Shown here: positions 25,721 to 36,087 of the stretch, piece after piece | How the letters are laid out: every line of letters starts with the position of its first letter | Numbering within the stretch: the stretch's first letter is position 1 | Assembly: GCA_038087875.1 (NCBI GenBank) | Contig: CM075983.1 | Span: 49,662,001 to 49,726,000, forward strand | Length of the DNA: 64,000 bases | Direction: 5' to 3' | From: Malacoraja senta | Taxonomy: Eukaryota | Translations under genes and position numbers: made by a program | The notes under the pieces: model-generated | The model's database searches: none | Told to the model about the DNA's origin: nothing | What the model saw: only the letters and a program-made list of their open reading frames with translations

Positions 25721-28700
25721 ATCAAATACACAGGACAAGATGTTAAGAAGTCCCTTGTGCCAATAGGTGGGGAGCATTTCACGACATTCGTTGATTGTTG
25801 AGAGTGGTAGACGCTCAACATCGGGGGGGGGGGTAACCTTCAGGACAGTTGGGCACAGGACACATCATCAGTAGTGTACCCTTGCATCACTGGGTGTTTC
25901 GGCCTTTTAACACTATACCCTCAGCGCATGTCCCGTGTCAAACCGTCCCAAAGATTCACCCCGACATACTTGGGGCCCAGCATGGGTCTTTCCGCTTGAG
26001 CCAAATCCACCGGCTGCTTCTTTCAGCCGCCTCTGAGAGTGATCTTATGGTCTTCCGCAGAGCCTGACCGTGGATTCCAAGCTCCTTCAGCAGTCTGATG
26101 GTAGATGACGCAACAAATCCTCTGCATCCCACTTCAACTGGATAGACTTTGGTGTTCCAGCCACGCTGCGTTGCCTCTGCTGCAAGCTCTGCGTAGCGCA
26201 GCTTCTTACGCTCATAGGCCTCCTCAACAGAGTTCTCCCATGGAACTGTGAGCTCTATGATGTAAGCAGTCTTCTGTGAAGGGGACCAGAACACCAAGTC
26301 TGGCCTGAGGGTGGTGGAAGCAATTTCAGGTGGAAAAATTAGTTGTCGGCCGATGTCCGCCAGCATCCTCCAGTCACGGGCCCTGCATTGGCTTCCTTCT
26401 TCTGATCTGGTGGAAGGAAGTTTAGAAGTTTTCTGTCCTTCTCGGACAAAGGTTATTACCCTTAGGGGAGGGTTGCTTGCTCTCGGAGGCAAGGAGTTGG
26501 TCGCACACCGCCTGTTCTCAAGGGCTGATGCCAGGCTTTTTAGTACCTGATTATGCTGCCACGTGTATCTCCCTTGCGTGAGGCTGGTCTTGCAGCCTAC
26601 CATGATGTGTTTGAGGGTCGCTGGAGTTGGGCAGATGGCACAGGTTGGATCCTCGCCGTACCACTGATGGAGGTTCTTTGGTGATGGAAGCACGTCATAT
26701 GTCGCTCTGATGATGAAGCTGATCTTGCTTGCTTCCATTTCCCATAGTTCTTTCCAGCTGATCTTCCTCCGCTCCACACCTTCCCACTGCATCCATTGCC
26801 CCTGCTTGGCAAGAGAGACCGCCTTTGCACTTCTTGCGGCCTCCTCCTGTCGCCGCACCTCCTCAACCACCAACGTCCTCCGCTCTGATGTTGTGGCCTT
26901 TCGCCAAGTTGGTTTACTTGTCGTAAGGCCAAAGCCTCCTCTTCCCTGCTGGACTTGCCCCACTATGTCTTTGTGCCTCAGGGCTGATGAAGCTTGCTGT
27001 ACTGCATCAGATGGTGTCCACTTCCGGCCAGTTGCTAGGGGCGGCGCAACAGCACTGATGATCTTGTCTCTAGAGTCCCTCAGTGTCATCTGGAGTCTTA
27101 CTTTAGAACACTTATATTCCTCTGTTAGACTAGTGAGAGGTAGTTCCAGGACCCCTTTGCCATAGAGGCCGATGTTAGTTAGACATCGTGGGACACCGAG
27201 CCATTTCTTCACGTATGAAGTTATGGTTCGCTCCATCTTCTCCACAGTTGTTATTGGGGCTTCATAAACGGTCAGTGGCCACATTGTCCGAGGAACGAGT
27301 CCAAACTGTAGGCACCAGAGCTTCAGTTTCCCAGGCAGTAGGGTCTGATTGATGTTCTCCAGTCCATTGACAATTTCTTGCCTTAGTTGTTGCACCTGCT
27401 CTTTGTCCTTGAGACTTGCGTTATACCATCTTCCCAGGCTTTTAACTGGCTGCTCAGACACTGTTGGTATTGGGTCGTCACCAATACAGAACCTTGTGTC
27501 TCTAAGCACCCCCTTGACTATGGAGATGCTTCGAGATTTACTTGGTTTGATTTTCATTCGGGCCCACTTGATGTTCTCCTGCAGCTTTCCAAGTAGCCGC
27601 TTGGTGCATGCTGCAGTAGTGGTTAGTGTTGTCATGTCATCCATGTATGCCCTGATGGGTGGCAGACGGAGCCCAGCCCTGGTTCGTTCACCGCCCACCA
27701 CCCATTTTGAGGCCCTGATGATGACTTCCATGGCCATTGTAAAGGCCAAGGGTGAGACTGTGCAGCCTGCCATGATGCCTACTTCCAAGCGCTGCCATGT
27801 TGTACTGAAGTCAGCTGTTGTGAAGCACAGCTGCAGGTCTTGGTAATATTTCTTGACCAGTGTGGTGATGAGCTCTGGTACATGGAAAAAGGCAAAAGAT
27901 TCCCAAAGGAGTTCATGGGGAACTGAACCAAATGCATTGGCCAGATCGAGGAAGATCACATGTAGGTCTCTCTTGTCCTTCTTAGCTGCTTGGATCTGGT
28001 GCCAGATCATGCTTGTATGCTCCAAGCAACCCGAAAATCCTGGAATTCCTGCTTTCTGTACAGATGTATCAATGTACTTGTTTGTTACCAGATAGGTGGA
28101 CAGCCTTTGTGATACAATGCTAAAAAAGATTTTTCCCTCGACGTTGTGGAGACATATTGGCCGGAATTGGCTGATGTCTGACGAATCCTTTTCTTTAGGT
28201 ATTAGCACGCCGCCGGCCCTTCGCCAAGCCTTAGGTATTGTTTGCTTCTTCCACACCACCCTCATGAGCTTCCATAGAAAGCGTAACACATCTGGTGCGT
28301 TCTTATAGAGCTTGTATGGTACTCCGTTTGGCCCCGGAGCTGAAGCTGCTCTTGCTCGCCGGACCGTGTTCTCCACCTCTTTCCATCTCGGAGGGCTGGT
28401 GTCCATGTTGAATTCAGGTGGTTGAATAGGCGGGATGTCATGTGGGATGACCAACTGCTCATGCCTTTTCGTGTCTTTGTGGGCCTTTTCCAGGTGTTCC
28501 TCCAATTCCTGTTTTGATGTTTTCAAAGTTCCACTTTTTTCCTTTGCGAAGAGGTCTTTGATGAACTTGAAAGGGTCTTTATAGAACCGTGTTCTTGTGT
28601 GTTCTTTCTTCTTGCGAAGTTTCCTCAAGTTCTCTGCTTTTCGCAAGGTTGCCAATCGGTTCTTGATGTCCTCTTGGAGTAGCATGAGACCTTCTCTCTC

Positions 28701-29210
28701 TGCGTCAGTTGCTTTTTTCCATTGCTTTTTCAACTGTCTCCTCTCTCTGATTAGCCTCTCGATCTCCTGCTGCCTCCTGGACTTGATTGGTGTTGGTAAT
28801 TTCTTTCCACCTCTCCCTTTACTCACCCCAAACCGTTCTTCTCCATAGCTGTAGATTGTGTTGCCCATCCTTTCAAGCTTTTCCACTGCTGTGCCCGTTT
28901 GTTGCTCCAAGATATGTATAAGGTCACTGTTGACCGTCTCCCACTCTTTCTTTTCAACAGCCTTGGGCCATTTCACTCCAGGTTTGTGCCCTTTGATCTT
29001 TCCCTCCAATGGAGGTCTTTGTAGTTGTTGCGTGGGCTCCTCCACCGGCATTTCTGTGCTTGTATCACCCTCTTCAGTGACATGGGTGCTGATGCTCTGC
29101 GAACTTTGGTTTGTGTCCCGTCGCTGTGCTTCACTCGACTGATTTGACTGGTTGCTTCGTAAGAAGTACTGGTCAATGCGAGGCCCATGTTTCTGCTCTC
29201 TCAAGCAGAA
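25721..29210 (-). mobile_element. Hero-clade (R2 superfamily) non-LTR retrotransposon, 5'-truncated, 3,490 bp
   Basis: Boundaries are defined by the flanking duplication. Single RT-RLE ORF plus ~235-nt 3' UTR, no poly(A) tail. Confidence 0.9.
25956..29204 (-). CDS. Reverse transcriptase - CCHC zinc knuckle - PD-(D/E)xK restriction-like endonuclease polyprotein (1082 aa open frame, N-terminus missing; the frame is called from a TTG)
   Basis: RT motifs SAPGPNG, FRPI, QKAG, FLDLANAFGSVPH, GIMAGCTVSPLAF, AYMDD, KSLG; knuckle CAIC..TLKHIMVGC; endonuclease RPDLV...IIELTVPWE...ERKKLRY..VEVGCRG. The GIMAGC/YMDD/ELTVPWE pattern is typical of Hero elements. Confidence 0.95.
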   Translation of the reverse strand: MREQKHGPRIDQYFLRSNQSNQSSEAQRRDTNQSSQSISTHVTEEGDTSTEMPVEEPTQQLQRPPLEGKIKGHKPGVKWPKAVEKKEWETVNSDLIHILEQQTGTAVEKLERMGNTIYSYGEERFGVSKGRGGKKLPTPIKSRRQQEIERLIRERRQLKKQWKKATDAEREGLMLLQEDIKNRLATLRKAENLRKLRKKKEHTRTRFYKDPFKFIKDLFAKEKSGTLKTSKQELEEHLEKAHKDTKRHEQLVIPHDIPPIQPPEFNMDTSPPRWKEVENTVRRARAASAPGPNGVPYKLYKNAPDVLRFLWKLMRVVWKKQTIPKAWRRAGGVLIPKEKDSSDISQFRPICLHNVEGKIFFSIVSQRLSTYLVTNKYIDTSVQKAGIPGFSGCLEHTSMIWHQIQAAKKDKRDLHVIFLDLANAFGSVPHELLWESFAFFHVPELITTLVKKYYQDLQLCFTTADFSTTWQRLEVGIMAGCTVSPLAFTMAMEVIIRASKWVVGGERTRAGLRLPPIRAYMDDMTTLTTTAACTKRLLGKLQENIKWARMKIKPSKSRSISIVKGVLRDTRFCIGDDPIPTVSEQPVKSLGRWYNASLKDKEQVQQLRQEIVNGLENINQTLLPGKLKLWCLQFGLVPRTMWPLTVYEAPITTVEKMERTITSYVKKWLGVPRCLTNIGLYGKGVLELPLTSLTEEYKCSKVRLQMTLRDSRDKIISAVAPPLATGRKWTPSDAVQQASSALRHKDIVGQVQQGRGGFGLTTSKPTWRKATTSERRTLVVEEVRRQEEAARSAKAVSLAKQGQWMQWEGVERRKISWKELWEMEASKISFIIRATYDVLPSPKNLHQWYGEDPTCAICPTPATLKHIMVGCKTSLTQGRYTWQHNQVLKSLASALENRRCATNSLPPRASNPPLRVITFVREGQKTSKLPSTRSEEGSQCRARDWRMLADIGRQLIFPPEIASTTLRPDLVFWSPSQKTAYIIELTVPWENSVEEAYERKKLRYAELAAEATQRGWNTKVYPVEVGCRGFVASSTIRLLKELGIHGQALRKTIRSLSEAAERSSRWIWLKRKDPCWAPSMSG

Positions 29211-31165
29211 ACATATTTATATGTATATTTATAAATATAATTGCCTTTATGGTTTATGTACATCTTCTGAGAAATAAGATAAATGGAGAAATAGAGCGTT
29301 GCTTTAATTCAATGTTGCTTCTGATCCATGAAAAGGAACTTTGAGATCTATTTATCTTTATCTTGCCTCTCACACACAGGCACACACACAATCATATATA
29401 TTATATATATAAATATATATATATGTTAAATTTATGCATAGTGTGTGTTAACGCAATACAAGGGAAACTGCACAAAGGAGGGGGCTAGGGAGGAAGGAAG
29501 GGAGGGAAATGGGCAGAAACAGATAGATTAAGCAGGGGGAAAACATTTGAAAAGAAAATTAACTAAAATATGTGAATTGATAGATGAGCTACATCACACA
29601 CATACTGTTCCCCTAAAACACTGATTACACTGTGAGAGGCATAACGGAAGTTGGGTTGAGCATTCCAAGATGGCGGCCGTTAGGCCCGTTACGTACTACA
29701 CCTCAGTGCATTGGATTACGTGGAGTATCTTGCTCCGCTCTATGATCTTTGCTTTTGAGTGGATTTAATCTTTTGGAATCTCTTGTATTATTATTTATTG
29801 ATTCCAACATTTTTAATTGTTTATATATTTTTATTGTTTCATTTCAGTGATATCCACAAAGTAAGATTTTTTGTTATAAAACAAAGGGAGAAATTGAAAG
29901 GTATTAGAGACATGGGTCTTCTTGTAACCAGATCTTACCATACATGTAGGAAAAGCAATTAAGAAGACAAACAATATGCTGGCCTTACTGCAAGGAAGTT
30001 TGAGTGCAGGATAAAAGTTGTTGTACTGATGTTTAATCGATAATGTTTAATATTTTATGTGTCATTCCTGTCACTGTATGTCATGTTGTCACTTGCGGGC
30101 GGAGCACCAAGACAAATTCCTTGTATTGAATACTTGGTCAATAAACTTATTCATTCAAACTTATTAATTCATTCATTATACAAGGCCTTAGTGAGGCTGG
30201 ATATATAATATTGTGTTCGAATCTGGTCCTCTGGCATGTGAACTTGAAATTAATGATGGGCTCCAGTGAAAGTTGTTCACATTGATTATTGCAGATTAAT
30301 GGCCCTGTCTCACGGTGCGAGTCCACGAGTGATCCCGAGTGAAAGAAAAAATCAAACTCGTGGTTGTCTACGAGATTCCAAGTTTATGTTCACGAGTTTA
30401 AACGAGTTCCCACGTGTATGTCTAAGTTTGCCGTTTACTTCTCATTTCTGCGATGTACCAAGTTCCTCTCCTGAGTTACCAAGTTTTTCTCCCGAGTTAC
30501 TCATCACATGGTAAAAATGATGTCATGCAGTTTTTCTTTACACTATAAAAAGACCCAGCCTGAAGAACGATCTCGACCCGAAACGTCACCTATTTCTTTT
30601 CTCCAGAGATGCTGCCTGACCAGCTGTGTTAGTCCATCATTTTGTGTCTATCTTTGGTTTAAACTAGTATCTGCAATTCCTTCCTTCAAACTTTTAGAGC
30701 AGTTTGTTTCAAGAAACAATCCTTCCAAAATTGCATTCAAAAGTCCATTTGAACTACATTTGTTCAAGGTCTGACATTAATCATTGAAAGGCATAGGCTG
30801 TTTTGTGTCGGGAGGAACTGCAGATGCTGGTTTACACCGAAGATAGCCACAAAATGCTGGAGTAACTCAGCGGGACATGCAGCATTTCTGGAGTGAAGGA
30901 CAACCAATATGTATATTTATAAATATAATTGCCTTTATGGTTTATGTCCGGTTCAGCGCTGGTCTATAGGTGAGCCAGTCGAGTCCCATCTTGAGACTGA
31001 AAAAACGTTTCGACCCTTCTCTCCAGAGATGCTGCCGGCTTGGCTGAGTTACTCCAGCTTTTTGTGTCTTGTAAGATTGTTTTATTCCCTTATTTTACTT
31101 CGGAGTCACGTGAGTGACTACGTGAAGAAGAGCCCGTCCAGCCGCACACGCGTCATATCGTCAGA
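29211..31165 (+). repeat. Right copy of the 1,955-bp direct duplication
   Basis: As above; this copy continues into the uninterrupted DIRS element. Confidence 0.97.
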
Positions 31166-31529
31166 TGCTTAGCGTAGTGCCGATGTGTTTGGAGTGAGCA
31201 GAGCTCCTCCAAACCGGTAAGAAAAAAGCCTGAAGGTAAATCTTTACTTATGTTTTTCAGGTCGATTTCTTCAGAGGACTTGTAGTTGGGAAAACACAAG
31301 TCAGAATGAAGAAAGGATTTAGAGGTGTACCGCAGGTAACGCAAGAGGTCTGCGAGTAGCGAGCGCCCTTTTTAATTTTTAAAAAACGGTTTCAAATATT
31401 TACCGTTGTAGCGCTATTAGAGTGCATGAGAAATAGGCCGTGTGGCCAGTAGACTGAAAGTCAGACCAGAGGATCCCGATTCAGGCAGATAGTTAGCTAT
31501 ATTTAGAACCGCGTTGCGAGGCAGCGCAG

Positions 31530-32030
31530 TGAATGCCTGGGGAATGTCCAGGCTTAGCGTTGGCCCATAGGAGAGCCAGCGTATGAAGTGCCTGGGGAAG
31601 GTCCAGCTTAGCGTTGTCTCTACAGGAGCCAACGCAGGGAGTACCTGGTGGAGGTCCAGGTTTAGCGTTGGTCTATAGGAGAGCCAGTGCATGGAGTGCT
31701 TTAGAAGGTCCGGCTCAGCCTTGGCCTAAGGGAGAGCCAGCGTAGGGAGTACTTGGGAAAGTCCGGTTCAGCGCTGGCCTACAGGTGAGCCAGTGTGAGC
31801 AATGCCTGGTTAAAAGCATTTTTTATGCGTTGGTCTACAGGAGAGCCAGTGCCAACTATGTCTGGAGAGAACAGTTTAAGCGTTGGCCTACAGGTGAGCC
31901 AGCGCCAGCAGCACCTGAAAGAGGGTTGCCTATGCATGGGCCTACAGGAGAGCCCGCACGGCGAGCACCTGGAAAAGTGTTTACTGTGCGTAGGCCTATG
32001 GGAGAGCCAGCGCTAGATACACCTGAAACA
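31530..32030 (+). repeat. Degenerate ~60-bp tandem repeat in the 5' part of the DIRS element
   Basis: Recurrent ggtccagcttagcgttggcctataggagagccagcg-like unit, about 8 copies. Confidence 0.8.
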
Positions 32031-33737
32031 GGATGTCAATTCGCCCCTCCATGAGGATTATTTCATACATAGATTCAGTAAACAAATCATATGAGGACTC
32101 GAGCCCAATAACAGAGCCCAAAGGACCAGAATTGACACAATATATCAAAGTTGTGGTTCCAAAAATATCAGGGGAACCATTGGGAGATAAATTAACTATG
32201 TCAATAAAATACTTACTCTCCCAACAGCTCCAAGGTTCTAACCATGTATGTGCTGTCTACAAATATGAAACCCACAGTATTGAGCATTATAAGCAGTCTC
32301 AGCGGGGATAGGGTGTTGAAATTACTGGTCAGGCATTACGGCTTTTTGACCAAAGGTTGGATGGAGAGCATGTGTATATATCACAACAAGGTTGAATTAG
32401 CACTCATGTGTAGTGCGCACTTTGAAATAAACTGTATTTATAAAAGTGCTATAAGACCTGTTATATACCCTAAGTTTGTGGGCTCTGTACACCATCTAAT
32501 ATTTAAATTGCCTAATAATCTGTTTTAGAAAGAATCTAGCCAAAAAAGGAATGATCCTGTGTGATTGGCAGATCAAATTAAAGGCAGTTTTCCCAACCAA
32601 TATGTGGTGACTGGGGATAGTGAAGGATCAAATTGGTCTTTCCCATATGTGCGTTGTAGGCGCAGTCCTCCTGAGGTATGTGGAGGCTACAATATTCCAC
32701 TAAGATCAGGGGATAACAATTGCCATAGGCAAACCCTGAGGTAGGAGGTCTGGTTCTGTAAGAAACATATTAAATGTTTTACATTTACAAGTTGGAAAAG
32801 ATTACAATTCTTGCTAAAAGAATAGTAATTTGATATATTTATACTGTACAGTATTGTGGGGTTTAGAATTTAATTCTACCCATATTTGGTTTCTCCTACT
32901 ACGGTATTTGAAACACAGTTATTGATTATTTGGGTTCCATTATTAAATGAGAACACATGATTGTGATTCTGCCCAAGGATTAAGGCTGCATTTAATTGGA
33001 AGTTATATTAAGCTCATTACAGAGCACCAATCCTCAATTAGGCAAGAAGCAAGCCTGCTTTGCAAACTATTGCTTATTTCCAGCTGTAGAATTTAGACTG
33101 CTGAATTATCAGCATTTACAGTAAGCATGGATAGAGGAATGGAGAATACAATTTAGGGCAATTTTGCCAGGCCATGTATTTGCCAGTTGCAGTTATTACT
33201 GGAATATTATAATGAATCATGAGTATCTCAAATGCCTCCAGAGAGATTCTGGTTGAACACCTTCCATTATGCTACACACTAATTGTAGTGCTCTAAGTTC
33301 AGGTCATACTTATAAGTATTTCCAGCTGTGGAGGTACATGGAATGTGGAGAAAGTACCTTTGATCCAATAACAAGGGATCATTAATGAGAGTTTTAGGAA
33401 CATTTTATGGCCTAAAGCTTATTGCTCTAATATGCAAAGTTTGCATGTTTAGGTATAGATTGACAAAACTACGGAATAGAACGTATGTTAATCATTCGAG
33501 TGGTATGAGTCAGAATCTTGTAAAGTCTGGCTAACGTGATCTGGACCTGGTGTTTAACAGAAATATTTGGTTGGCAATCTATCTACGAGGTAGATTCAAT
33601 ATAGTTGCAGATTCAAGGTCATGTAATTCAATGATAATACAGAATGGATGTTGGATCGTGACAAATTTAATAATATTGTTGCACGATTGATGACTTGTTT
33701 GCAATCCAGACTTAACCACCAATTACCTAAATATGTG

Positions 33738-34534
33738 TTAAAGAAGGAACTGCAGATGCTGGAAAATCGAAGGTACACAAAAATGCTGGAGAAACTCAGC
33801 GGGTGCAGCAGCATCTATGGAGCGAAGGAAATAGGTAACGTTTCGGGCCGAAACCCTTCTTCAGACTGATAGGGGGTGGGGAGAAGAAAGGAAAAAAGGA
33901 AAAAGGCGGAGGAGGAGCCCGAGGGCTGGGGGGGGGGGGGGGGGAGGAGACAACCAGATGGCTGATGAAGGGAGGGGACAGCAAGGGCTAGCAGAATTGG
34001 GAGAATTCAATGTTCAAGCCCCCAGGATGTAGACTGCCCAAGCGGAATATGAGGTGCATTTCCTCCAATTTACGGTGTTGCTCGCTGTGGCCATGGAGGA
34101 GACCCAGGACAGAGAGGTCAGATACGGAATGGGAGGGGGAGTTGAAGTGCTGAGCCACCGGGAGTTCAGGTTGGTTATTGCGGACCGACCGGAGGTGTTC
34201 GGCGAAACGATCGCCAAGCCTCCGCTTGGTCTCACCGATGTAGATCAGCTGGCATCCAGAGCAGCGAATGCATCTACATCCTGGGGGCTTGAACATTGAA
34301 TTCTCCCAATTCTGCTAGCCCTTGCTGTCCCCTCCCCTTCATCAGCCATCTAGTTGTCTCCTCCCCCCCCCCCCCCCAGCCCTCGGGCTCCTCCTCCGCC
34401 TTTTTCCTTTTTTCCTTTCTTCTCCCCACCCCCTATCAGTCTGAAGAAGGGTTTCGGCCCGAAACGTTACCTATTTCCTTCGCTCCATAGATGCTGCTGC
34501 ACCCGCTGAGTTTCTCCAGCATTTTTGTGTACCT
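33738..34534 (-). mobile_element. Penelope-like element 3' fragment (GIY-YIG endonuclease plus pseudo-LTR) with an inverted partial copy, inserted in the DIRS element
   Basis: ORF 33988-34296: CIRCSGCQLIYIGETKRRLGDRFAEH...HFNSPSH...EEMHLIFRLGSLHPGGLN. Arms 33771-34033 and 34273-34534 are inverted copies. tacctaaatat flanks both sides (33724-33734, 34530-34540). Confidence 0.9.
34441..34470 (+). ncRNA. Minimal hammerhead-ribozyme motif in a Penelope-like pseudo-LTR (mirror copy on minus strand at 33837-33864)
   Basis: CUGAAGA-A-GGGU-UUCG-GCCC-GAAAC-GUU: hammerhead core, UUCG-capped stem II and loopless palindromic stem III (ACGU). Stem I is weak. Confidence 0.6.
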
Positions 34535-35974
34535 AAATATCTGTCATGGAAACCTGATCCTGGGGCAGTAGCGGTGGATGTTTCTCGCTGCATTGGGGTA
34601 GAATGTTTGTATACATCTTCTCCATTTTGTCTCATTTAGTCAGTATATACAGAAGATCAAACAGGACTCCGCTTCGGGAATATTGGTGGTACCAGATTGG
34701 ATCTACAAAACCATGGTACCCTCAGGTGTTAAAAATGATCACAAAGCCTCTTATGATTTCCCAAACAGAATTAATCTGTTTGTGGACCCTATAACTGATG
34801 ATTCACATCCTTTACATAATCGTATTGGTTTGTTGATTTGCAGATTCTAAGGAGTGCTATATATCGGAAGAGGACTATCAGATTGTACTGTGGATATTAT
34901 CGCAACCTGGAGGGATATTACCCAGAAGTAGTACATTTCTTACATAAGGAAATGGGATATGTTTTGCTTAAAGCAGAATATTACATATCACACTATAGAC
35001 ATCTCAGTAGGGTTAGAGTTTCTGTAAACTCTTTATTTTATTAGCAGTTAAGCTATAGTGCTATGAATACTGCAAGGAGTGCCTTTACTGCATATCTATG
35101 GAGGAATCAGAATCAAATCTTATAGGGTTACACCCTTTGGTCTGCAGATTTATGAAAGGATTTTTCAATTCTTAGCCTCCTAGACACAGGTATACAAAAA
35201 TCGGGAATGTAAGAGATGTGTTATGTTTTTTCGTTAATGGACTCCTATTACAGTGCTGTCCTTGGCTTAAATTACCATTAAGGTAGTCAAGCTCAGGGCA
35301 CTGGTTTAGCACAGAGAGTGCAAACATTGCAGAAACTATGAATAGACATGCTGGAAAGACCAACAGATACTATTGTGTTCTATGTCTATGATTTGCTTAA
35401 ACAGAGTAGACCTGGAATCACAGGATGTAAGTTGGGGTTTTCAGCATATCCTACGGATCCACGTCTATGTGTGGTATCACATTTACAATGTTAGATTGAA
35501 GCCACCAGAACCTTAAAGAGGTGCAGTATCAGTATTTTATTAGCCATAAATAACTGCATAAGAAAGTGTCGGTTCAGACTATTTAAAAATGGCTGAAGCA
35601 GGTGTTGCTTGATGCAGGTATTGATACTGACAAATTTAAATCTCATTTCACCAGGGCACCATCAATATTGACGGCCAAGGAATTGGATGTTCCAATAGAA
35701 CATATCCTCGCGGCCGCAGGCATAAGTGAAAGAATTTCACAAGTATTACCATAAGGAGATTATAATACCTGTGGTTATTTGGTGGTGCTATTTTGGATTT
35801 AGTATTAAATATTCCTCTTGTGATAAAGGGGTTACTATTATGGTGATAAATTAACCATAACTGGTTGCATCCATGTTGTGGTTATGCATTGTTGATTGCT
35901 TTACTTATTTAGAGTCAATCAATGCAGTGAGACGCCTGGATTTGAATCTACGGCGTGAAATCAGAGCTTTTTAA

Positions 35975-36087
35975 TCTTCACGTAGTCACTCACGTGACTC
36001 CGAAGTAAAATAGTAAGATTAAACGAGAACTTACCAGTTTGAAGTTTGATCTTTATTTTATGAGGAGTTACAATGAGGGATTACGTG
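35975..36087 (+). other. DIRS internal complementary region (ICR)
   Basis: The first 38 nt are the exact reverse complement of 31091-31128. The remainder is the reverse complement of 36231-36303 with one substitution and a 2-nt indel. Confidence 0.92.

Noticed and set aside
26311-29188. Multiple 70-165 aa ORFs overlapping the Hero ORF
   Set aside because: Antisense and alternate-frame shadows of a coding sequence.
23766-31165. Reading the 1,955-bp direct repeats as LTRs of an LTR retrotransposon
   Set aside because: No TG...CA ends, PBS or PPT. The repeat is a patchwork of unrelated host-intron repeats that cuts through a MITE and a DIRS terminus, and the enclosed ORF is non-LTR type.
31530-32030. 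Repeat-spacer-like periodicity resembling a CRISPR array
   Set aside because: Eukaryotic context; units are degenerate along their whole length, with no unique spacers or cas genes.
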